In this document: one piece after another, positions 1 through 12,579 of the stretch
Layout of the letters: every line of letters starts with the position of its first letter
How positions within the stretch are numbered: the first letter of the stretch is position 1
Source: the human T2T-CHM13v2.0 reference genome, Homo sapiens
Length of the DNA stretch: 64,000 nucleotides
Direction: 5' to 3' (one strand)
Assembly: GCF_009914755.1 (NCBI RefSeq)
Contig: NC_060927.1
Translations under genes and position numbers: made by a program
The notes under the pieces: generated by a model
Told to the model about the DNA's origin: nothing
Seen by the model: the letters and a program-made list of their open reading frames with translations, nothing else
Databases searched by the model: none

Positions 1-3
1 TAG

Positions 4-42
4 TATATACCACAAGATAAAATTCAAAACATGATATCCAAG
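4..42 (+). CDS. Candidate 39-nt phase-0 coding exon (YIPQDKIQNMISK) of an unidentified gene
   Basis: tag at 1-3 could be the acceptor AG (upstream pyrimidine tract lies outside the window). Consensus donor AAG|gtgagt at 42/43. Length is a multiple of 3, and only frame 0 lacks a stop. Confidence 0.4.
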
Positions 43-89
43 GTGAGTTCTCCTTCCCAATTGGTGTATTCCCAACTTTTTTTCTGTTA

Positions 90-165
90 TGAATTTGGAT
101 ATTGATTTATGAGGCTACAAGGTGGCATGACCCACATTAGTGACACAGATGGAACAAACTATTTT
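90..165 (+). repeat. 76-bp dispersed direct duplication, copy 1 (partner 2242-2317)
   Basis: tgaatttggatattgattt...gatggaacaaactatttt; 72/76 identical by manual alignment. Confidence 0.95.
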
Positions 166-449
166 TCCAGTCTCTTAGAGGTTTTTGAAGAAGCTGGGAA
201 GGAGGAATAAGCTTTGGACTGAACTAGAATATGATCTGAACAGGCCACAGCATTACCTAGAATAAAAGACGGGGTCTCATTTGGATTGATTTAGTCCAAG
301 CTGAAAATGACAGGAGTTATTATTGGTTTAAAAAAAAATTTCTCAAATAAACTATTTTCAAGCCATACTTGATTCTTCTCTTTAAAAATTCTCTTTGTGA
401 AATTAATCAGCATATCCAACAAGGAAAATACACCCCATGCCCATTTACA

Positions 450-1070
450 TTTACCTCCCTTCATCTCCACTGATAAAGCCCTAGTACACATGTCTGTAAC
501 TTTATTATAAATCACCACCATCTTTTCTCTTCCCAGCAGTCAGAATTACCTTAAAAAAAAAGAAAGAAATCAGACTGTGTGATCCCTATCCTCACCAGCT
601 CCAAAAATCTTCTAGTGGCTATCCAGTGTGTTTAAAATAAAATCCAAACTGTCATAATTTTCAATGTCCTTACATGACCTTGCCTTTAAGTCATATTCGG
701 CCAACCCATCCCCTTTTCACCGTGCTTAAGGTATCCTGGACTTCCTCATCAGGCTTGTTGCCGTCTCAGAGACTTTGCTCTTGCAGTTCCCTTTGCTTCA
801 TGTGTTCGTCCACCATCTTCCTCAATATTTGCATTGATTATTCTTTCTTAGTTCAAATCAGAGAGGCCTGTGCTGACCACATAGCCTCTTTCCATCCTCC
901 AGTCACTCTCTTTCACATTACCCTGTTTTAGTTACTTTATAACAGTGCATATCCTTCTTTGAGATCATAAGATCCATGAGCAGAGAACTTACCATCCTTG
1001 TTCTTCCCTCTATCCCCAGTGTCTCCCTCTAGGAGGTACTCAATAAATACTGCTGTGTACATGAATAAGA
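450..1070 (+). mobile_element. L2 LINE 3' region (L2a-like), degraded
   Basis: aaaataaaatccaaact, gaggcct..ctgaccac, and terminal aggtactcaataaatac..tgaataa, typical of the L2 3' end. Confidence 0.75.
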
Positions 1071-1159
1071 TCTATGAAATTAGTACTTCTATGGGAATCC
1101 ACATTAATATATCTTTCTGAAATTTTGCTGGGCTCTCAATAATAGTATAAAAATGTTAT

Positions 1160-1405
1160 TGATGGACTGTTTATGATGTGTAAGGCACTACAGGAGTATA
1201 GAAAGCACTCAACATACATCACTAAAACGAATTTTCCATCTGGTTTTCACTACTTTGAGGGGGTGCATTATTATGTTCATAACCATTTATAGCTTAGGGA
1301 ACTAAAACTCAGGAAATGAATTTATTACTCAAGATCTCACAGCTCATAAATGGCAACACTAGGATTCAAATCTAACTCTGACACTAAAGTCAATGCTCTT
1401 AATAT
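1160..1405 (-). mobile_element. MIR SINE
   Basis: caagatctcacagct..ggattcaaatct..gctcttaa matches the reverse MIR core and tRNA-derived head. Confidence 0.7.
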
Positions 1406-1496
1406 TACAAACATCACCATCCATGTATCTTTTCATATCAGTCCTAGATACCAACTAGAAGCAAATATCTGTCAAAATTAACAACGTTTATAAAGG

Positions 1497-1664
1497 GCAT
1501 TCACTGAGTGCTTACTATGTACAAGGCATTATCTATGTTAATTTCACAACTGTGCTGTGATGTAGATACCTTGTTATTCAGATGAGAAAATTTCAGCTCA
1601 AGTTGGTCAGATGGAATTTGAACCCAGTTTTGTCTGGCTCTGGAGACTGAACTGTTAACTACTA
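1497..1664 (-). mobile_element. MIR SINE
   Basis: cattcactgagtgcttactatgt..cagatgagaaaa..gaatttgaacccag..tctggctct. Confidence 0.75.
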
Positions 1665-2043
1665 TGGGATCGTATTTTCCTGACCCAGTGAAAGACAGTA
1701 TTACTTGCCAAGTCACAGATGACAGAAACCACTAGACTAGGCCTCTGCTGCTACAAGCTGGGTGCAGCCCTACTGCCTGACCAGTACATTCATCTTGGTC
1801 AAATGACAGATGTATTGTGTCACTAACCATGGAAACCAGAAATCACTGCTGGCTGACCACCAACTCCCTGTCAAGTAGAGGAAAAACAACCAGAAGCCTA
1901 AACTTTCATGATTACATTAGTGGTACCTCCTTCATTTATTTTAAAAGCAATAAACTGTGCTTGTCCGTTGTTTCGATTACGAAGTTTCAAATGAGATTGA
2001 AGATAATGCATCCCATAATTTCTCATCCTTCCTTGTTCCACAG

Positions 2044-2058
2044 GCTCAGGCAGGCTGA
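2044..2058 (+). CDS. Candidate terminal coding exon (AQAG-stop if joined in phase 0 to exon 4-42), with a short 3'UTR to ~2120
   Basis: Strong acceptor tttctcatccttccttgttccacag|G at 2043/2044, TGA at 2056-2058, AATAAA at 2098-2103. Confidence 0.35.
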   Translation, partial: AQAG

Positions 2059-2097
2059 TTCCAGGGTGAAATCTGCACTTTCCTGATTGATGAGGCT

Positions 2098-2103
2098 AAT
2101 AAA
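2098..2103 (+). terminator. Candidate polyadenylation signal AATAAA
   Basis: Canonical hexamer 54 nt after a strong 3' splice site. The hexamer alone is common in AT-rich DNA. Confidence 0.3.
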
Positions 2104-2241
2104 GTGCCTTTATTGTGATATAAATAGCCTTAAAAATGTCCTAGAGAGTCAATACCCATGTTTGATGGCCTCACACAAGCAAGGTCCTTGTCTTAAGTAG
2201 CACTAAAGCTTAATGAGTTATGTTTTTGAAAAGTTTGTCAT

Positions 2242-2317
2242 TGAATTTGGATATTGATTTGTGAGGCTACAAGGTGGCAAGACCCACATTACTCACACAG
2301 ATGGAACAAACTATTTT
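2242..2317 (+). repeat. 76-bp dispersed direct duplication, copy 2
   Basis: Four substitutions relative to 90-165, no indels. Confidence 0.95.
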
Positions 2318-3072
2318 AAAACCACCCATTTCTTTCATATACCTAATATATCAATAATTGTAATATCTGGCTGGATCATGTAGCATTGGCAAGGGATTGG
2401 AGCATGTTTGGAACAAATTACAAAGGTATTCATTCAGTCAGACCGATAGCTACTTTCTTAGCCACATTTTGGTTGTAAAAGAGTGCAGCAGAGGCTTCCT
2501 AGAAGATAAGAGTGTGCTTTTAAACCTCATCTCTCAGTCACCCAGGTCTATGCACATGCACCCACACACATGTGCACAGATGTCAACCCAGGCATCATAA
2601 AAGAACAAAATGCTATAACTCTAATGACTTCAAAGTCCCTGGGTTAATCTGTGATTGCTGCATTAAATTTATTAATTCGCTTGTGTATTGGGAATATCAT
2701 AAGCCACAGGTTTTGGCCTTTATTAATATATCTATTCCAGATCTTTGATTCTTTTAAACATCTGCCCTCCCAGTTTCAAAAGTTGCTTTAAAAATCCTAC
2801 TTTGCTTTTCTCTTTTCTGCCATTTTTTCCATTCCTGATGGTATCACCCCTTCTTATCCACTTGTTCACTTATTATTTTCTCAGTCTTCATTCATGTGTG
2901 CATGTGTCTTGCCTTCTGTGCCTACGTATGTGTCTCTACACTTGCAGAAGGAAGATCAGAGTATAATATATGAAGTAATGTAAGGGTGCTATGGTACCAA
3001 GTAAGAATATCATAATGTCAAAGTCACTCATTCAATCACCACACCACCAAACAATGAGTTTATTTAGCTCAT

Positions 3073-3545
3073 TACATTAGTTTCCTAGGGACTGCCATAA
3101 AAAATACCACAAACTTGGTGGCTTAAAACAAGAGAAATTTGTTTTCTCAAAAATATCAAGGCCAGAAATCCAAAACCAAGGTTTTGGCAAGGTTCTAAAG
3201 GTTTTAGGGAAGAATCCTTCTTTGTCTTTTCTGGCTTCCGATAGCAGCTGGCGATCCTTGGTATTCCTGGTGTACAGACATAGCATTCCAATTGCTGCTG
3301 GATTCTTCAGGTGGCCTTCTTCCCAGTGTCTCTCTGTCTTCTTCTTTTTATTTTTTTTTCTGTCTCTTATATAGACACTTGTCATTGGGTCTGGATTAGG
3401 CCCACCCTAATCCAGGATGATCTCATTTTGAGATGCCTATCTTAATTACATCAGCCAAGGCCCTTGTGCCACATTTAGTTATATTTTGAGGATCCAGGTG
3501 GACATCTTTGCAAGGGGGGAGTTAGTAATCATTCAACTCACTACA
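3073..3545 (-). mobile_element. MaLR solo LTR, MLT1C-like
   Basis: attagtttcctaggg..ataccacaaacttggtggcttaaaac at one end, aatccaggatgatctcat internally, cattcaactcactaca at the other end. Confidence 0.9.
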
Positions 3546-4205
3546 CCTATTTCCAAACTTCCAATGTAATTAACTAAACTATACTGAGTTTTATTTTAAC
3601 AAGTAATAAACATTTCATTTGTCAATAATATGGATGCTAAGACTAACCAAAAGTATCAATTTTGGATCATTACATGGAAATATTAAGAAACTTACACTAG
3701 TTACTTTTTCCTTTATCCTTCCAATGGATTTACATATAACATATACATCCTTTGAGAAATAGTGAAACATAATCTTTAATGCTGAAAAATAATCACAAGG
3801 CTTAAACTGATTTGTTTTTATGGCTACCCCAGCTAATCAATTTATTCTGAAATTATTGATTGATCTTCATTAGAGTTTGAATCAAGACAGAAAAATCTTG
3901 AATACTTGTAAAATGAAATATTTTGTATTCTAGAGATGAGACCATTGTGCTTTGTGTTAGAGAAGATCAGGCTGATATTAACCTAGATAATGATGGCCTT
4001 ATCAAAGGATAATGAATACCCACAAAAAGGGGAGGGTGTGTTTTTGTTTTTGCCTATTGGCAATGAATATAAACAGGTCCTCTCTGCCCATTTCACTTAA
4101 GGATGCCATAGGAATCAACAGAAAACTAAGAAATATGTTCAAAGGGCAAGAGCTAAGGAAAACAAAGCCTGACCAGCCTAATACAAGAATAGGACTTATT
4201 TAGAA

Positions 4206-4348
4206 GCAGTGTTGTTCACATACAGATCACCTAGGAATCTAGTTACAAAGCAGATTCTAGTATAGTAGGTCAGTGGTAGGTCTTGAGATTCCATATTTCT
4301 CACAAGTTCTCAACTAATGAACAAGGACTGCACTTTGAACATCAAAGT
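4206..4348. mobile_element. MER5A-like hAT-Charlie DNA transposon
   Basis: atcacctagg..gcagattct..gtaggtc..tttctcacaagttctca..cactttgaa. Confidence 0.7.
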
Positions 4349-6445
4349 TGTAAAGAATCAAATTATTCCAACAGGGCTTGCAAATTATTATTATGTCACA
4401 CAAGCTAAAAATTATGCGGCTTTTAGTCATTCAACAAACATTCATTGAGCTCCTATTCTACACAACTTGTGTTAAAATTAAAGACATATGAAACATAATT
4501 CATAATTCAATCCTCAACTGTTTCTCTCTCAGTCAATTGTGGATATTTTCTTTCAGTTATAAAATTTGGCATCAACTTTCTATTTTAAATATTAGGGAAA
4601 TAGTAGAAATACAATTTTTATAAATAAATAAAAGTTAATCTACCTTAAGCAATTTTCTAAAGATTGACGCAATTGATCTCTATTCTAAAAGATACAACTT
4701 TTCAGCAATGCGGACAGTGTCTCTTTTAGGGACTGTTGTCAGAGATGCCATGGCAATACAACTTTTGCTTGGATTCTAGGAGCAGCATTCAGGATGGCGC
4801 TGTGGGTTCCAGTCTGGAGGTCTCAGTAGATGCAGCAATGAGTAGGGATCAGTCACAAAGTGAAGATAAAACACTTTCAGAAGCATGTATTTAATTTATA
4901 GAAAAATCAATATGTTCTTATTTTCTGTTTAATTTAATTTCATGCATTGCCAAAGAAATGTGCTACAGAGTAATGGCTCTAGTTGCTGAAGTCTTACCTT
5001 ACGTAAATTGACTTTTTTTTTTTTTCCATTTTAGCTTGGTTTAATATTATTGAATTCATTGGCAGGTGGCAGCCAAAGCAATCTATGGTTGTTGTTGAGT
5101 CATTTTCAGTAAGAATCCACCAGAGACTATGGTGATCATAATAGTGATCCAGAAATTTGCACTGTCTACTAAAATTATACATTGAGCATTATATACATAT
5201 ATAATATATAATGCATATGCACATTACATATGTATATAATGTGTATAAGTATATATAATATACATTATCAGGAGGGTCTTTAAAGGGCTGAAACTTGCCT
5301 TATTAGGAATCTGCTCATAATTCTGCTGTGAAAGGTAACAGTACTTTTAAATTTTTAGGCCTGAAGAGTCAAAGAAAGTTGTAGTATCCTGACTTTTACC
5401 AAGTACATTCTCACAAAAGAGCAACTATTCTGCACCATGGAAAGCATGGGCCCAATTTTGAAAGGATGACTCTTTGCCTTTAAACTTATTTTGATCAGAA
5501 GCTTTTAAGACCACAAAATATTCTGTTCTGACATTAAACATGAATCTCCACCAATTAGAGGACCAAGGTTTCTGAGGCCAACCTGGAGTTCTTCATTATG
5601 ACATCAATGAAGTTGGCAAATGATTGTTTTTACTGCCATAAATGAATCTCACAGCAGAAGGTAAAGACTAAATTCTGTCTTCAAAATTTTAACCGTATCT
5701 CTTCATCCCCACAACAGATACAGTGGTCTGAAATGTTTGGATTTGCTATCTTCATTGGTCAAATGAGCTAGTTAATTGCCAAGTAGATGCTGCCAGATTC
5801 ATTGCAAGTTGTATTGCCTAAGTCATTCATCGTCAACCTAGGGGCCTTTATTTTCCTCCTTAAAGGCATATCCAGATCAATATATTATAGCACACATGAG
5901 GCTTATTTTTAGACCTGTAATGCTTCTCGTGATGCCTGCTTTGGGGGAATGGGAAAGATGCAGCTAGAGACAACAAACTGCTCTCTGTTCTTTTGCTAGC
6001 CAGGCACTCTATGACTCATTTCAGTATAGAGAGGGGAGCATTGTCCCTGTAGACAGAGTTTTCTATGGGGTTACAGTATCTTGTCTGTGGTTCTTGTAGA
6101 ATTTATGGCCTACTTTTCACAAACTAGCAAAGGGGCATAATAAGCAGAGATGGTTTTATTAGTCCAAAATGTTACCAAGATCCCTTCAAATTTCTGCAAG
6201 TTACAAATGCATGTGATAAAAGACACAAAAGGGTAGACACAAATGGTCCCTGAACACTAGGTTAGACCTCTCAAAATAAGAAATGGTCTTAGGTCCTATA
6301 ATCTTAAAGTCTTATGGCATGACAGAAAGGGTTTATGTAGTTCTGACTCTGAAATACACTTAGTAAATTAAGATGTGGTGTATAATTTCTTAGATGTGGA
6401 TTTATTCTCTAAACATGGACATCGAAAAACTTGAAGAAAAGCCAA

Positions 6446-6480
6446 GTGCAATAACTCTAACAAACCACCAGGTGACAGTG
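6446..6480 (+). promoter_or_regulatory. Candidate CTCF site with upstream module
   Basis: Core CCACCAGGTGACAG (6465-6478) has one mismatch to CCASYAGRKGGCRS. TGCAAT starts 18 bp upstream of CCAC. Confidence 0.4.
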
Positions 6481-7894
6481 TTTCTAAAATTAATCTTCGA
6501 TTCTAGAGACACCAGACTTGTTTTTTTTTATGGGGCCATATTTTAACAGACACATGAATGGACAATCACATGATTGCTTTTTATACAGAAAGTCAAACCA
6601 TTAACTGAATTTATTTTCATGATTACAATTATTTAAACGCGATGAGATCCCACACCCAAGTGACGGTGGTGGAAGATTAATCTTGTTCTGAATTGGCCAG
6701 AATAACTGGATCATCTTAGAAAAATAAAGTGCTTAAGCAGTTTGAAAAACTAACATTCAGTAATCCCTCTGAAGCTCTAGATCAAGTAAATTGAATTAAA
6801 AAGGTGGGAAATATAATTCATATTTGTTATATGATGGCAGCAAAATGCAACAACATTGATATTTTAAGGCAATAGGTAGTAATCAATTCACAGCACACTA
6901 ACATTCACGAAGCTTTATCCACAATATGTATCTGCTCAAGGGTGCATATTAACTGATACAGATAAAATGAGTATCTGAGATTCATTTTCTGAAATGGTCA
7001 CAATTTTAAGAAAGTAAAATTATAGAGGGAAAAATGTTTAAACCAACCCAAAGGAAATTCAGGTTTCTGGAAAAGAAGAATAGGAAGAAAAGAAGAGGGA
7101 GAAGGATAAAAGATCAGTGGTTTTCTCTGTAGGCTACGGTTTGACTAAAAGGGACTTATAATGGCCTAAATGGAAGAATTATGAAAATAATACCCACCAG
7201 AGCTAGCTTAAGCACTAAGGCATCCTTGTATCTAGAAAGAAAATGCCATTGCCCACTGTGTTAGAATTGATGACTTAAGGCCTATTCCTTCCACTAAAAA
7301 TGTCTCATCTGCATTGACTGCCAAGGGACTAAATTTTATTTATAGGTTACTTGAAACTATATATATTTTATATAAAGATGTATTTACGGTAAGTGACGGA
7401 GTGAAGATACATATCCAGACCTGCTGATTATAAATAGTGTTCTCTGCATTGCACCTCATACATCTGTGATCTACTGCCTCTATTTTTGGACAATTGGAAG
7501 AGACATGCAAAGAAGGGGATGCGGAGAAGAGTGAGAAGAAATGGAGGGGGGATTGCTTCAGAAAGATGTACATTAGTAGAGAAAGGTGAAAATGTAATTA
7601 TACCTAGAAAAAAAAGTAGCACATTCTCAGACTTTTGTTTCACCTTTCTTCTCCCTCTCCTCCATTTCCATTATACTCTGCGATTTTCGTTTCTACCTCC
7701 TCCCCCAAATCCCAAGTTAAATTACAGAATGTGGCAGGAAAGGTCTTAGGTCCTAGGTCTCAGGTCCTCTTTAACACTTTTGAATGACTATAGCAATGGA
7801 ATCATGGCACCTGGGAGTCATCATGTGATTGTGTGGGTCAGCCTAGTGTACATGCCACAAAAAGGAGCCCTGATGACATAAGAAATCACACTAT

Positions 7895-8210
7895 TTTTCA
7901 ATCTCAGATTCCCCAGGAAACAGCCTCAGAGACAAAGATTTGCTTGTGAGAGCTCCGGAGCTAAAATGGCCTTTCAGAATCATACAACCTTTGGGCCAGG
8001 GAGTTTTTAAATACTTTATCAGACTATCATTGGTTGTGGACTATCCTCAAGGAAAGAATATGACTTAGGCAAGTGATTGTCTTTTGTTGAAAGCAATGCC
8101 AAGCGAGGAAATTGGTCAAGGGTAATGTATCAACATTAGCAGCAGCTGATGAGTCAGTTCCCTGACCTGAAAAGGGGATCTGGGCAGTGCACTATAACAT
8201 CCAAACTACA
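7895..8210 (-). mobile_element. ERVL solo LTR, LTR16-family
   Basis: Reverse strand starts tgtagtttggatgttatagtgcactgcccagatcccc; the other end reads tcagattccccaggaaacag. Confidence 0.75.
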
Positions 8211-8599
8211 ATCTGGATTTCCTCAGTGAGGCAAATCATGCTCACGAGTATAGTATAGCGGTAGGTGAATTGGTTATGACTAAATTAATTCTTCAGGATT
8301 TAAACACTTATAGCATGGACACTAATGACTGAAGTAGTTTATTTTTTTGGACACCCCACACCCGCCTGCTGTAGGAGTTCAGTGTATTCATTCCAGACAT
8401 TGAAAAGTTGTTAATTGCAAAGGGTGGCTAGAGATTTATTTTGCATTTGCCTAGGCAAATCATAAATTTACATGGGATGACTGACACTGTTTCCCAGGAA
8501 TGACCCACCTAGGCAAACCCAGAAAGTATAGTTTTTATGTTCACAAAATTAAACTCCAAAAGACATCTTGTTCCACCTGTAATCTGCTGTTTTTGTCCC

Positions 8600-9120
8600 C
8601 TCTGTTACTCCTAACTAAGTGACCATCCAGCCTGTGCAGGTGCAATTCCGGAGTTAAGAAGGTTATAATCTCCAGCCATAAGTCATTCCATGTTGGGACA
8701 GATCCAACTGCTAGAATGTTAGCTCAACATAATGACAGACCATTCATTTATAATTTTCATACATTGATCTTAGTTTTCTTTTTAGGGACCATATTATACA
8801 TATTTAATTATTCTGCATGTTATACCTTCAGATAGTTGAAGACAGCTCATGACTTAAAACATAGTTTAAAATCCTCTCATCATTTTAGTCATTCTCCTTA
8901 GAATATATTCCAATTTGACTATGGCCTGTTACAGAGTGATATTCACAGTAGAATAGAAACATCAGGTTTCATCTGAATAACAACAAATTCGGGTGCTACT
9001 TTTTTATTAAGGCAGATTGAAGGTGATATCAGCCCTTTAGGCTGCTACATTACGATGGCTGAACCACAACTTTTCACAAAGTTTGTGTCCTCGTTCATAT
9101 CCTGTGCTGTTATTTCAGGA
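8600..9120 (-). mobile_element. L3/CR1 LINE fragment
   Basis: ccttcagatagttgaagacagctcatgac and attccatgttgggacag match the reverse of the CR1 RT/3' region. Confidence 0.6.
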
Positions 9121-9545
9121 TAGGGTTCACCTGAGGAACTGGTGTTTTAATTTTTTTCCAAAGTTTAACATTATGTAGTTATATACAATATAACTTATTA
9201 TATATAAAAATATATTATCTATAATATATAACTACATTATATCTATATAATGTATTTATTGTTTGTCCAACATGATATAACATTTAAGCATGGATATTGG
9301 ATAGCATTCGTATTCCCTCCAAGTGTTCCTTTTTGCCTTTTCAGTAAGTTAGAAACGCCTTACAGGCATAGTTCCTATTGACCACTTTCTGAATAAAGTG
9401 ATTAAAAAATGATTAAAAAAATTTTCTCATTTCATCATGTATCAGTTTTGCCATTTTTTTCTAAAAATATCCATTTTATCTGTTTTCAAATATGTTTGCA
9501 TAGAGTTGTTTATTTGACACTCTTATGTTTTAAAATTTCTACTAA

Positions 9546-9802
9546 ATGGGCACAAAAATAGAAAGAATTAATAAGACCTACTACTTAATAGCACAACAGG
9601 GTGACTATAGTCAATAATAACTAATTGTACATCTTAAAATAACTTAGAGTGTAATTGGATTATTGGTAACTCAAAGGGTAGATGTTTGAGGGGATGAATA
9701 CGCTGTTCTCCATAATGTGCTTATTTCACACTGTATGCTTGTATTAAAATATCTCATTACCCCATAAATGTATACATCTACTATATATTCACAAAATTAA
9801 AA
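9546..9802 (+). mobile_element. L1MA1-3 3' end
   Basis: gaattaataagacctactacttaatagcacaacagggtgactatagtcaataataa..ccccataaatgtatacatctactat; tctact on both flanks (probable TSD remnant). Confidence 0.85.
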
Positions 9803-10443
9803 GTCTACTGTATTTTAACTATGACCCCTTTCACCTAGCAGTGATTTTCCTGCCTTGTCTTTGTTTTACTTGATTATTCATTGTGTATGTTTCCTATTTT
9901 ATTAGCTTTTCAAAAAAGTAGCTTCTGAATTTGTTTATCTTCTCTATTGTTTTCTTATTACTTATTTCATAAATGTGTTGCCTTGTCGTTTATTTCCTTC
10001 CACTTATTTAGGTTAGCTTCCCTCCTCCTTTGCTACTTTCTATAACTAAATACTAGGCTGATCAATTTTCAATCTTATTTTAAAAATATATTTATTTGTA
10101 ATATTGCTAGAATTTCCTTCTAGACTCTCTTTAGTGCCATACTAAAACATTTGGTATAAAGTGTTTTCATGAAGTCTATATATTCCAAGTTTTTGATGAT
10201 AAATTTTGCTCTGACGAATTCTATATTTAAACTGTGTTTTTTAGATTCCAGGCAGATAAAATTTGGAAGTGGGGAAGTCATTGCATTTTTATCAGTTACT
10301 TTTGAGACATTTTATGTGGTCATTTTTTTTAAATGAACCATTCCTTCTTGAAAAGAATATATATTTTCCAATTGCTTTGTGCAGGGCTTTATATATGCTT
10401 CCACTTAAGCTCATTAACTCTGTTGTTCAAATACTTTATATTA

Positions 10444-10730
10444 GGCTGGGTGCAATGGTTCATGTCTGGGATTCTAGAACTTTGGGAGACCAATGCGAGA
10501 GGATTGCTTGTGACCAGCCTGGGTAATATAGTGAGACCTTGTCACTACAAAAAATTTAAAAATTAGCTGGGCATGGTGGTGCATGCCAAAGGTCCCAGCT
10601 ACTTGGGGAGCTGAGGTGATATGATCATCTGAGTCCAGGAGGATGAGGCAGCAGTAAGCCATGAAGGTGCCACTACATTCCAGCCTGGGTGACAGAGTAA
10701 GATCCTGTCTCAATACAAAACAAAATAAAA
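10444..10730 (+). mobile_element. AluJ (diverged, small left-arm deletion)
   Basis: Dimeric Alu with J-type diagnostics and decayed TSD aaatactttatatta/aaatactctatatca. Confidence 0.92.
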
Positions 10731-11456
10731 TACTCTATATCATCACCTTACTTTTTTTTTTTTTTTTGTATTCTGCATCTACAAGTTTTAAGTGAAGGTA
10801 CATTAAATTTTCCACTATGTTTATATTTGTCAGTGTTTTTTTATTAACCTGGTCAAATGTATTTGGATATAATTTAAAGTTTTCATTTGGCTACATTTCA
10901 CTTCAGATTTATTATATTCTGTTGATGAAAGTCTATTTTGTTTTTTATTACATCTTACTTTTAATTCAAATTTCCCGGGTGCTTTTGTTTGTTTCAAACT
11001 TTCTATGTTCTAGGTATGACTATAGTTTAAAATTTTTTCTATATCTATTCACATACAAACACATAGGCTCAGTTGAACTAATTATGTAAAATAATATAGT
11101 TGGTTATAGAACTGTAGAAAATTTGTTTAATTTCATCACATTGAAGATAATCCTCCACTGTCTTCTGGTCTATATTGTTGCTGATGACACATAAACTGAA
11201 TTGATATTTCTTTTTAAGTATTCTGTCTTAATTTTGTTTGATTGATTTTAATATTATCGCTTTTTCTTTGGTGATCTTTAGTTTATCTACAAGGTGGCTT
11301 TGTGGAAATTTGCTTTTGTTTATTTCGCAAATAGACTTTTTCTATTTGAATCTTAAGACCTTCTTGTTCTTTATCATTTTGAATATTTTTTCTTCCCCAT
11401 TTTATCTATTTTCTTTTTTTGAAAATTCTATCAGGCCATTTTTGGAATTCCCATTT

Positions 11457-11886
11457 TGTATTAGTCACAGTTTTCCAGAGAACCAGAGAACCAGAACTAA
11501 TAGCTTATATATTTATATATGGAAAGAGAGAGAGAGAGAGATTGATTTTAAATATTGACCCACACCATTGTGCTGTCTGGCAAGTCTAAAATTTGCAGAT
11601 GAGGCCAACAGTCTAAAAATTCCAGCAGGCATTAATGCTGTAGTTGTGAGTCCAAAGGCAGTCTGGAAGCAGAATTCCTTCTTTGGAGGACCTCAGTCTT
11701 TTCTGTTAAGGCCTCAACTGATTGAATGAGGTCCAAGGGTGATCTATTTTATTCAAAGTCTACTGATTTAAATGTTAATCAGATCCCCCCCAAAAAATAC
11801 CTTCACAGCAATATCTGGACTGGTGTTTAACCAAGCAACTAAATACTGTAGCCTAGCCAAATAGACACCATAAATTAACCATCATA
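11457..11886 (-). mobile_element. ERVL solo LTR, MLT2D-like
   Basis: tgtattagtc..ccagagaa..(GA)n..ttaaggcctcaactgattgaatgagg..aaattaaccatcata; flanks cattt/cattg. Confidence 0.9.
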
Positions 11887-12579
11887 CATTGTATCTTTTA
11901 TAGAATATATAAAAATATATAGGAATATTACTCATTGAATATTTAATATGCCTTTATTTTGATTTGCTACATTTTATATGACTTTCGCAGATACAACTTC
12001 CAGTTTATTAATTTTACTTTCAGCTGTGTCTAATCTGTAGTTGAATTTTTGCATAGATTTTTTAATTGTATTGACTACAGTTTTTATTTCAAGAAATTTT
12101 ATTTGTTAGTTTTAAAAATAAACTTCTTTTATATTATAATCACTTAGTATTTATAATCTTTATTGCTACATTGTCTCCATTTTAAAATTATGAATTATTT
12201 AAGTCAGTGCAGTCTTGGTTTCAATTTCACACAAGAATTTTTTTTCCCACTGAGGCCTGGCTAGGTGGCAAACTTTAGTGTTGACTTTTGCTCCAATTAG
12301 CAAAAGTTTCATGGCTCCCTTCTTCTAGGGAGCAGGCTTTTTAAAGTTCTAGCTTTATTCAGTAGTGACTCTTCCTGCTTTCTGATCTGTATTGGCCTAT
12401 AAAGCCTGACTCCACCCAAGTACCCTATAAAACATGTATCTCCTGTCAGTTATATCTTGTCATGTATGGCATCAGCTCATGTTATCCCCAGGCTTTGAAT
12501 GTCCTTGTTTCTTTCAAAGATTTCTATTTCATACCTTTGATTCAGCTCTTTGCTACTTTTAAAATTGGGCTTGGAACAG

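Larger units (their letters stand above)
9330..12550 (-). mobile_element. Old L1M (L1M4/L1ME-type) fragments, interrupted by L1MA, AluJ and MLT2D
   Basis: T-rich antisense L1 ORF2/ORF1-like sequence: ccattttatctgttttcaaat..gcatagagttg, ttttcaaaaaagtagctt, ccactgtcttctgg..ttgttgctgatga. Confidence 0.65.

Noticed and set aside
4994-5182. Minus-strand segment ending in a good donor (AAG|gtaaga near 4998)
   Set aside because: The acceptor is weak, the peptide is unrecognisable and no partner exon was found. A lncRNA exon cannot be excluded but is unsupported.
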